From a bacterium (GTDB lineage Bacteria; Patescibacteriota; WWE3; 2-01-FULL-39-13; JAACPI01): a DNA stretch of 61,090 nucleotides. Shown here piece by piece: positions 45,917 through 53,056 of this stretch. The stretch spans positions 1 to 61,090 of the forward strand of contig JAACPI010000004.1 in NCBI GenBank assembly GCA_009995545.1. The letters run 5' to 3'. The position numbers and the translations under genes were made by a program. The notes under the pieces were generated by a model. The model was not told the origin of the DNA. It saw only the letters and a list, made by a program, of their open reading frames with translations, and did no database searches. Each line of letters opens with the position of its first letter. Positions within the stretch are counted from its first letter, which is position 1.

Positions 45917-46738
45917 ATGAAAAAAATATTAGTTCTAGGTGGCGTAGGTTTTTTAGGTAAGCATTTAATTGAGCAGGCAAATATAAAAGGAATTAAGGCA
46001 GACTACTTTGACATTAAGGCTGTCGGGAAAAACAAAAAGGATAAACTAGAATTAAGAACCCAAGATTTTAAAGGGTATGGAGCAATTTATGATTTTGCTG
46101 GGGTACTTGGAACACACGAAACCTTTGAAATAGCTGAAAAAGCTGTTGAGGTGAATATCTTGGGTACGCTAAATGTTCTAGAGCAAATAAAAGACCTAAA
46201 TATTCCATATTATTATATTACCTTGGGCAATAACTGGCTCAATCCTTACAGTATAACTAAAAATGCAGCGAGTAACTTTTGTTTAATGTATTTAAATGAA
46301 TATGGTACACCTGTGCAAGTTGTTAAAACTTATAATGCTTATGGGCCTTATCAAAAGCTTTTTCCAGTGCGTAAAATTGTTCCCACTTTTATGTACAAGT
46401 TAATAAAAGATGAAGAAATAGTAATTAATGGAGATGGTAACCAAATTGTCGATTTAGTTTACGCACCCGACTTAGCTAAAAGTTTGCTTAAAAATAAGCA
46501 AGTTGGTGTTGTTCACTACGGAAGTGCTAAACCTTTAACTGTAAAACAAGCTGTAGAGGCTTGTGCTAAATCATTAGGTATTAGTGACTATAAACTTAAA
46601 TTTGTCCCGAAAAGAATGGGTGAGCCTTTGCAGTCTACTTCGTTATCACCGAGAAAAATGGAATATTCAACTCCTTTAGAAAAAGGCTTAAATATAACAT
46701 CGGCCTGGTACAAAGGTGAAATTAAAAAATTAATATAA
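45917..46738 (+). CDS. Short SDR NAD-dependent epimerase/dehydratase family protein
   Basis: LGGVGFLGKHL (GxxGxxG) and NPYSITKNAA (YxxxK intact). Confidence 0.75.
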   Translation: MKKILVLGGVGFLGKHLIEQANIKGIKADYFDIKAVGKNKKDKLELRTQDFKGYGAIYDFAGVLGTHETFEIAEKAVEVNILGTLNVLEQIKDLNIPYYYITLGNNWLNPYSITKNAASNFCLMYLNEYGTPVQVVKTYNAYGPYQKLFPVRKIVPTFMYKLIKDEEIVINGDGNQIVDLVYAPDLAKSLLKNKQVGVVHYGSAKPLTVKQAVEACAKSLGISDYKLKFVPKRMGEPLQSTSLSPRKMEYSTPLEKGLNITSAWYKGEIKKLI

Positions 46739-46742
46739 ACTT

Positions 46743-47240
46743 ATGGTAAATGAAGCAGAAAAGCCAATATTCGAGGATATTCAACGAAGAGAAATAATTG
46801 AGGAAATGCGTGCCTATTTATTTCCAGGTAATACGGAGTCTTTGAATGATAAATCTGAGATAAATAGATATATAGACGATACTGCCTTGAATATTCCTAC
46901 TAGTCTATTAATTTTGTTGAGGAGGCCCAACCGCTTCCCCGTGAATGAAACCTTTCCATCTTTTAATTCCGCACAAAAGACAAGAAAGGAAGAAGAATTA
47001 TATTCTAACCACATATCGACTGTGTTTAAAGGTTTAGCTATGGGTATGGTTTTTATTGAGTACGGGGATACACCGTATTTTAAGTACAGCTCCAAAAATA
47101 CTATAGACATATCTAGTGTAAGAAAAATGGTTGAAATTGATCTCTCATTGATTACTCTGTTAAAGCTGAATTCTCCTTATAACTATAGGAATTACATATA
47201 TAGGCAAAGATCTATAACCGATCATCCCTTCGCTATTTAA
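46743..47240 (+). CDS. Hypothetical 165-aa protein
   Basis: The ORF starts 4 nt after the SDR gene stop. No recognisable motif. Confidence 0.45.
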   Translation: MVNEAEKPIFEDIQRREIIEEMRAYLFPGNTESLNDKSEINRYIDDTALNIPTSLLILLRRPNRFPVNETFPSFNSAQKTRKEEELYSNHISTVFKGLAMGMVFIEYGDTPYFKYSSKNTIDISSVRKMVEIDLSLITLLKLNSPYNYRNYIYRQRSITDHPFAI

Positions 47241-47522
47241 GTCTTAAGTACATATTTACTATACAAAAATTGTAGATATCTATTGACTATAGGTTATAAA
47301 TAATATACTATTTTCCTGTTTACAATTCTGCCCCCCCATAATTGTAACCAATTTGGGTGGGCACATTCATAATTTATCTTAGTCAACAAAAAACTTGCAT
47401 AAGTTTCTTCTTGAATAAGCGGACTACATTAAGAGCATTAATAACGTGTTTTTAATGTAGTTCGTTTTATTCACTCGGCCTAGGCAATCTCGCCGTAGGC
47501 ATTCAACCAAAAGGAGAAACAA

Positions 47523-48308
47523 ATGTTTGACAATCTATTGATTGGTGGTCGTTTTTGGGATGGGAAAAGTGAAGATCCGAGCCAGCTTTTGGCCTGGGTA
47601 GAGGCTCACTCAAACATTGCAAAACTTGCGGTCGCCGTCAACATTGCGAACGACAAGTCCCATGCAGTGAAGGCTCTACAGGAAGGTGGCGTAGCTACAG
47701 CAATCCCTGTCCAGCCTTGGCTCAGATGGTCACCAGCGCTTCTGGCTCTTACAGCAGAAGCAGTTCGACAGGGAAAGGAGTACGTACTATTTCTTTCCAC
47801 CACAATGCGGGTCGACGAGGTCTCAGTAGGGGCCCTAGTGCAAATTATGGATGAGAATCCTAGCATTATGCATCTCGGCCCGGCTTTTCCCGAACACGAC
47901 TTCCAACCAGGAGTCAACAAGATTCGGGGGAGAACTGTAGGTTGGAACAACTGTTCCATTCACCGAGTCAGTGCGCTATCTGGCTTTGGTTTCCAGCCCG
48001 GGTCTGAGGGACTTCTGGATCCTAAGGCGCAGGGAGTTGAGGAGGTGGTCTACGATTCTTTGAACCAGGCAATCCGCGGTCGTCAAAATCACCGAGTTCT
48101 CCTAGTGAAAGGACTTCCCGGTCTTATTGTATGGGATGTTAATACGGACTCGCATGGGGCCTGGTATGTGGTATACCACAATGACAAGCTTCAGTCGAAG
48201 GACGATCGTCCCGACGCTCAGTTGCGATTGCTGGGACTCTCCGCTGGAGAAGTCTGGCATGCCGAGTATGGAGATCTTCTCCAGAATGGGATGCCCTGGA
48301 ATCGTTAA
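47523..48308 (+). CDS. Hypothetical 261-aa protein encoded by a GC-rich foreign-looking cassette; weak GT-A-like features
   Basis: A strong SD (aaggag) lies 6 nt before the ATG. A hand count gives 32/60 G+C at 47641-47700, versus 19/60 at 46741-46800. GRTVGWNNCSIHRVSALSGFGF loosely resembles the GT2 G.N.a.rr.....GgF block, but no DxD motif is present (LFLSTTMRVDE). Confidence 0.7.
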   Translation: MFDNLLIGGRFWDGKSEDPSQLLAWVEAHSNIAKLAVAVNIANDKSHAVKALQEGGVATAIPVQPWLRWSPALLALTAEAVRQGKEYVLFLSTTMRVDEVSVGALVQIMDENPSIMHLGPAFPEHDFQPGVNKIRGRTVGWNNCSIHRVSALSGFGFQPGSEGLLDPKAQGVEEVVYDSLNQAIRGRQNHRVLLVKGLPGLIVWDVNTDSHGAWYVVYHNDKLQSKDDRPDAQLRLLGLSAGEVWHAEYGDLLQNGMPWNR

Positions 48309-48334
48309 GGTTGACTAAGTTTATGTAAACAACA

Positions 48335-48394
48335 GGAGGTCCCGGAGGACTAAAGAGCGTATTTCAGTACAAAACTCTTTAGACTCCGGCCTCC
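48335..48394 (+). terminator. Long GC-rich imperfect hairpin immediately after the GC-rich gene
   Basis: ggagg-tcccggag-gac-taaagag (48335-57) pairs with ctcttta-ga-ctccgg-cctcc (48375-94) in three helical segments of 5, 6 and 7 bp. No T-run follows. Confidence 0.5.
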
Positions 48395-48402
48395 AGTCAA
48401 CC

Positions 48403-48432
48403 AAATGTATAGCTAGGCTATACATTTTTAAT
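48403..48432 (+). terminator. AT-rich perfect hairpin plus T-run (intrinsic terminator)
   Basis: aaatgtatagc-tag-gctatacattt is followed by ttaatt. Confidence 0.6.
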
Positions 48433-48540
48433 TATATCTTATTTTTAAGGTATTTAACTACAGGTTATGTGTTTAAAAAAGATGAAACTATAAAAATTTC
48501 ACTTCTTTTAAGTACAAAATAAGTACTTTAAAACAAAAAA

Positions 48541-49575
48541 ATGACTACTAAGAGAGATGAAACAATAAACTACCCAACCGTCCTAAGTGAGTCTTGGGAT
48601 AAAAATATTCAAGTATCTTTAATACGTCCAGATGTGGTAAAAAAAGAGGAATTATGGACTAATAAAGGAATTCCTGAAGGTGCCGCAAGTTGGAGATTAA
48701 AAAGAGAGTATTCTACTTTACAGTATTTAAGTACTCAAGGCTTACCTGTTCCAACTCCTCTAGATATTACAGAAGGTAGTGGTGTGCGTGGAGCCGAAGC
48801 TATTGCATTTACAATGCGGAGAGTCCCTGGTTACTCCTTAGACTTCCCTGACTCTCCAGATAGAATTGACCATTTCGAAGATTTTCGTGCTAATTTTGAA
48901 TGTTATCTTGAGGATGCTTTAGAGTCTTTAGACTCCATACACAAAGCCGGCTATGCTTTAGGGGATATAAAGCCTGGAACTTTTATTATTAATCCAAAAA
49001 CAAAAAAAGTGACTTTAGTGGATTTTGAATTTGCTTACAGTGTCAAAGACCTTGAACAAAATATGGGGTATGGGGCTAATTCACTATTAAATTCTCTGAA
49101 AGTGGATCCAGGAATCGCTTGTTTAATAAACAATTTAACACAACCCTCCCCGGGTATTTCGTTTGAACAGGCTAAGATGATAGAAATTTCTTCTTTGGTC
49201 AGGTATTTTTGTATTTTAGCTTCTTCGGATTTAGATAACCCAGTTGAGTTAAAATCTATCGAGTTTTCCGAAAATGAACTTAATCAGCTTATGGAGGCTG
49301 CAAGATATTCTTCAACGCTCCATTATTTGGACCGAGCAGGTATTCCTATTAATGGTGTTAGTAGTATTGATTTTAGAAGTTTTACTGAGCAAATTGGTGA
49401 TGACTACGTACACCCCGCTTTTATGAGATACGGGTATGAAGCAGCGTTTAGAAAGCAAGCTGTTACATCTTTAACCACCTTGGGTATAGAACTATCCGAA
49501 TCACTTCGTCAGTTTATAAATAAAAGCTTAAGTTTAGATTTATCCAGAAGACCAATTAATTACAAATTAAAATAA
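48541..49575 (+). CDS. Atypical protein-kinase-like (APH/choline-kinase/ePK-like) phosphotransferase
   Basis: The catalytic-loop-like GDIKPGTFII (D142 ... T147, where kinases have Asn) is followed by VTLVDFEFA (D161-F-E, the DFG/DxE equivalent). There is no clear Gly-rich loop. A C-terminal extension of about 150 aa is present. Confidence 0.55.
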   Translation: MTTKRDETINYPTVLSESWDKNIQVSLIRPDVVKKEELWTNKGIPEGAASWRLKREYSTLQYLSTQGLPVPTPLDITEGSGVRGAEAIAFTMRRVPGYSLDFPDSPDRIDHFEDFRANFECYLEDALESLDSIHKAGYALGDIKPGTFIINPKTKKVTLVDFEFAYSVKDLEQNMGYGANSLLNSLKVDPGIACLINNLTQPSPGISFEQAKMIEISSLVRYFCILASSDLDNPVELKSIEFSENELNQLMEAARYSSTLHYLDRAGIPINGVSSIDFRSFTEQIGDDYVHPAFMRYGYEAAFRKQAVTSLTTLGIELSESLRQFINKSLSLDLSRRPINYKLK

Positions 49576-49580
49576 AAAAT

Positions 49581-50225
49581 ATGAATACACCAAAATTACC
49601 ACAAATATTAGAAATTGGCGGGTCGATAGAGAGACCTGAAGTAGATCCAGACAGGGAATTTATTGAATTTATTACTAGGGCTAGTACCGAACAGATGACA
49701 AGTTATATAGATGAGGAGTTTCCTGAGGAAGCAGAAGAAATGAAAGCTGTTTTATTATCCGAGCGTTCTGTAGTTGCACCGTATTTACTTTTAGACCGTG
49801 ACTCCCTATTAATAATGTTTACCCCGTTAAGGGATAGAGTACAAAATGCTACTGAACCTGATTATTTTTCTATGATTAGACCTGGATTAAATCAGGTTTT
49901 AAGATATCCTGGCGAAGGTAGCCAAGGTAAAGGTAGGGCGGAGGGTTACAAGAATGCCTTATACGCTTTTTATAAAGGTGTAGTAGATCAAAAAATTGAT
50001 TTTAGATCCCATTGCCCCGCAATTTTTAAACCTGACGGTAGTTATGTTACTTTTACGGGTTATGAGGTATCTTCTCAGACTTTGGAACCAATACATATTT
50101 TAATGGTTGCTTACTCTGTTCTTAGGTATGATTTTGCAACTGATATAGGTTTACTTGAGATGGACGGCCCAAATATTTTCCACGTACTTGAAGATCCAGT
50201 AGGTTACAAAAGGCGTGGGAGGTAA
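49581..50225 (+). CDS. Hypothetical 214-aa acidic protein
   Basis: The ORF starts 5 nt after the kinase-like gene. No recognisable motif. Confidence 0.5.
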   Translation: MNTPKLPQILEIGGSIERPEVDPDREFIEFITRASTEQMTSYIDEEFPEEAEEMKAVLLSERSVVAPYLLLDRDSLLIMFTPLRDRVQNATEPDYFSMIRPGLNQVLRYPGEGSQGKGRAEGYKNALYAFYKGVVDQKIDFRSHCPAIFKPDGSYVTFTGYEVSSQTLEPIHILMVAYSVLRYDFATDIGLLEMDGPNIFHVLEDPVGYKRRGR

Positions 50226-50270
50226 GGATACGGATTTTGCTTAATTATCGTATATTTGGATTACTAAAAT

Positions 50271-51209
50271 ATGTACTCAATAAGATCTTTATTCAAAAAT
50301 AATTCTTCGGAAGGCCCTCTATTTGGAGAGGGTGTTTTACATGTGAGCGACAGAACCCCTGAAGAAATAATTGATCATTTACCAACTATAGATTCTACTG
50401 AAAGTTTTTTGGGTATAGATAACTTACCCCAGGGTGCAGTTATGGTAAATTTAGGCAGTGGACAGTATGATTTGTTCTTTGAGTGGGTAAAGGAGCGTAG
50501 GCCAGATGTCACGCCTGTAGGAATAGACCTATCCGCAGGCGTTAATCCTGAAGATTTAAAGTCTGGAAATATAGGGATTGAGCAGTATGAGAGATTGAGG
50601 ATGGTGATCTATACTGATAGAACTAAAGAAAGAGGAAAAGGCCTGTTTATAATGGGCGTGACTTCTATTGCTACTGACCCAGAAATCTATCAGTTAGATC
50701 GGCAAAGACATTTAAGTAAATACAACGTAATATCCGCACGTTCCCCAGAGATCCCCCTAAGACCTAATTCCGTAGATCTTTTAGTAGATTCCTACGGTCT
50801 AACTTCTTATACCGATGGTAAGATTAAGCGAACTTTATTAAAAAATGTTGTTAAGGTACTGGCGGATGGAGGTAAGGCAATAGTATACCCCGTAAAAAAT
50901 AAGCCCATCTTTCCTACCTCTGAGAATGAAAATAGCTCTGTTGACGAGGTGAGTAAACTGGTAAGAGCTGTGCTAGGTTGTGATAAAGATGTGTCCGTTG
51001 AGTTATTCCTAACATACCAAGAAAAGGAGAGGTTTGGTTATTATATAGGCCTTGTTGTTCGTAAATACTCTAATGATAGTAATAAACGTAGGCTGAATCG
51101 AGCAAGTATTTTCATATCGGGTTTAGAAGACTCTGAAAAAGATTTAGCTATATCTTCACTTTCGCAGAAATATAAAGGTTTAAAAAAGTATGGTCTACAA
51201 ATACTTTAA
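50271..51209 (+). CDS. Hypothetical Rossmann-like protein, possible class I SAM methyltransferase fold (NLGSG motif)
   Basis: VMVNLGSGQYD (motif-I-like), VGIDLS (acidic end of beta-2), SVDLLVDSYGL and VLADGGKAIVYPV (later motifs). Confidence 0.45.
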   Translation: MYSIRSLFKNNSSEGPLFGEGVLHVSDRTPEEIIDHLPTIDSTESFLGIDNLPQGAVMVNLGSGQYDLFFEWVKERRPDVTPVGIDLSAGVNPEDLKSGNIGIEQYERLRMVIYTDRTKERGKGLFIMGVTSIATDPEIYQLDRQRHLSKYNVISARSPEIPLRPNSVDLLVDSYGLTSYTDGKIKRTLLKNVVKVLADGGKAIVYPVKNKPIFPTSENENSSVDEVSKLVRAVLGCDKDVSVELFLTYQEKERFGYYIGLVVRKYSNDSNKRRLNRASIFISGLEDSEKDLAISSLSQKYKGLKKYGLQIL

Positions 51210-51284
51210 TACTTAGTACGTTTGTATACCGCTTAATACACTTTTACTTTGCTTACTGCCTCAATTGGCTGTATTATTTATTTG

Positions 51285-51983
51285 ATGGAAGAATTAAAGG
51301 ACTTAATAAATGATATTGAATATGCTTTTTTTGATTGGGACGGGACAGTGTTAAAAAGTAACCCAGATTTAAGTATAAAACTAGCTTTAAAAGAGTTGCT
51401 TAATTACCTTTACTCCAACCCCAATTTTATTAGTGCCCCACTAGAGCAGACTGTTACCCGAACTGTAGGTAAGCCTAGAGATGAGCATGTTAAAGATTTT
51501 TTTAACATTTTAGAAAGTAGTCTTACTAAAAAGAATACTGCGGGCGAATCCGTCTGGGATGCAATATACGGTCCAATAAAAGCAGGGTTTTCCGAAGAAA
51601 TAAACTCGGATGTTTTGGTTTTGTTTGAAAAATTAAGAAATTCAGGTGTAAAAATAATAGTATCTTCTGTGGTCCCTGAACCCCGTCTTTTAAAGACTGT
51701 CGGAGAATATGGTATTACGGAAATGGTTGATTTGATTTTAGGTAAAAATACTTTAGGTACGAAAGGTGGGGGCCATATAAAAAGAGCGGCGGATTTTTTC
51801 GAGGTTTCGAAGGAGATGTTAGTTTTAAAAAGTATGTTTGTGGGAGATACTCCAACAGATATGAAATTGAGCAGCGGGATTAAATATAGGTTTCTTTTGC
51901 AGCCGGATCTAACTGAAAGTATTCTAAAAAAGTCAGATTATTACATAGTAAATAGCTTTTCAAGCCTACGTGAATTTCTCTAG
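51285..51983 (+). CDS. HAD-superfamily hydrolase (phosphatase-like)
   Basis: FFDWDGTVL (DxDGT motif I), VSSV (motif II-like), and VGDTPTDM (motif IV). ATG 51285 is preferred over the TTG at 51249. Confidence 0.8.
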   Translation: MEELKDLINDIEYAFFDWDGTVLKSNPDLSIKLALKELLNYLYSNPNFISAPLEQTVTRTVGKPRDEHVKDFFNILESSLTKKNTAGESVWDAIYGPIKAGFSEEINSDVLVLFEKLRNSGVKIIVSSVVPEPRLLKTVGEYGITEMVDLILGKNTLGTKGGGHIKRAADFFEVSKEMLVLKSMFVGDTPTDMKLSSGIKYRFLLQPDLTESILKKSDYYIVNSFSSLREFL

Positions 51984-52004
51984 TCCTAGTTTTATTTCTA
52001 ACGA

Positions 52005-52997
52005 CTAACTTTTATGGTATCGGTGTTTATGTTGCTCAGTTTCTAAATACCACTTTACGGTGTTCCTAATCCCTGTATCTATATCTGTCTGAGGTTTATA
52101 TTTAAGCATTTTTACCGCCTTACTTATGTCGGCCTGAACCTTATTAGCCGTAATATCTGAGAAGTTTTTATGTGATTTACCTATTTTTATTTTACTTTTG
52201 GGTATCCCCATTTCCACTGCTACTTTGTAGGCTATTTCTCTAAGTGAATAACTTTTACCTGAGGCGATATTAAAAACTTGAAATTTTAGCCTCTTGTCAA
52301 AAGTAGAAATAATATAGTTAACTAGATCGTCTATATATATAAAATCCCTAGTATCGTCGATGCTAGAATACATTTTTAAACCTTCCCCGTGGTGAAACTT
52401 TTCCATATAATGACCTATAATCTTATAGAGAGGCATTCCTGGGCCGTATTCAGAAAAGATTCTTAGAACTACGCAAGGCAGGTTGTAGTATTCACTCATA
52501 AATTCCACCACGTGCTCACCGGCTAGTTTAGAAGAACCGTTGGGAGATACGGGCTTTGGGATAATCTTTTTCTCTGTAAATTTAATTTTTTTAGTTTTTC
52601 CGTAAACACTAAAAGTTGAGCCGTAAATATATTTTTTAGCGCCTAGTTTTTTTGCCAACTCTATAATTTTTGCAGTGCCTATAACATTTGTAGTCAAGTA
52701 TGGGCTGTAATTTAAGAGTTCGTGCGAGTCATAATAAAAGTCTTTAGAGGCTAAATCTACTACGATGTCTATGGACTCTTCTTTTAGTAAAGACTCCACC
52801 CCTTCATTTAAAACACCTAATTTTACGAATCTAAAGTTTTTATAACTAGTTAATTCCAGGGTCCTAGACTCTTTAAGGTGATTTGGGGACTCTGCTTCTA
52901 TATTGTCTATACCTACGACGTAATTTCCTAGCTCCAGAAGCCTCTTGGTCAAGGCGTGTCCTACAAAACCCGATGAACCTGTTACTAGTACTTTCAT
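52005..52997 (-). CDS. Extended-SDR epimerase/dehydratase-like protein lacking the catalytic Tyr (paralog B)
   Basis: It is 330 aa, the same length as paralog A, and shares blocks with it (VVGIDN, KKYIYGS..SVYGKTKK, LAGE, NIASGK, MLKY). The YxxxK position reads SPNGSSKLAGE, with N153 replacing Tyr and K157 kept. Confidence 0.8.
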   Translation of the reverse strand: MKVLVTGSSGFVGHALTKRLLELGNYVVGIDNIEAESPNHLKESRTLELTSYKNFRFVKLGVLNEGVESLLKEESIDIVVDLASKDFYYDSHELLNYSPYLTTNVIGTAKIIELAKKLGAKKYIYGSTFSVYGKTKKIKFTEKKIIPKPVSPNGSSKLAGEHVVEFMSEYYNLPCVVLRIFSEYGPGMPLYKIIGHYMEKFHHGEGLKMYSSIDDTRDFIYIDDLVNYIISTFDKRLKFQVFNIASGKSYSLREIAYKVAVEMGIPKSKIKIGKSHKNFSDITANKVQADISKAVKMLKYKPQTDIDTGIRNTVKWYLETEQHKHRYHKS

Positions 52998-53003
52998 AGG
53001 CTA

Positions 53004-53012
53004 AGAATACCA
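53004..53012 (-). promoter_or_regulatory. Extended -10-like box TGGTATTCT (minus strand), 6 nt upstream of ATG 52997
   Basis: The reverse complement reads tggtattct-tagcct-ATG. Confidence 0.35.
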
Positions 53013-53040
53013 CATAAAGATTAACGTAGTAAATTATAAC

Positions 53041-53049
53041 TGTTAGTAT
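53041..53049 (+). promoter_or_regulatory. Extended -10-like box TGTTAGTAT, 7 nt upstream of ATG 53057
   Basis: The sequence reads tgttagtat-ttaccta-ATG. It is divergent from the box at 53004-53012. Confidence 0.4.
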
Positions 53050-53056
53050 TTACCTA

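Noticed and set aside
46814-47110. 98-aa minus-strand ORF inside 46743..47240
   Set aside because: It is antisense to the ORF that is translationally linked to the upstream SDR gene (4-nt gap). It has no promoter or SD of its own. Neither ORF has homology support, so this rests on context only.
47354-47362. The 9-mer tgggtgggc is shared between the left edge of the GC-rich cassette and the right flank of the RAYT element (61074..61082)
   Set aside because: It is a striking GC-rich match in an AT-rich window, but only 9 nt. It has no extended flanking similarity, and the second copy is cut by the window end. This is insufficient to call an att or REP site.
47606-48318. ORFs 47606..47959 (minus strand, 117 aa) and 48127..48318 (plus strand, 63 aa) in the GC-rich cassette
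   Set aside because: They overlap the 261-aa ORF, which has a strong SD and spans the whole cassette. High G+C suppresses stop codons in the other frames, so these are most likely artefacts.
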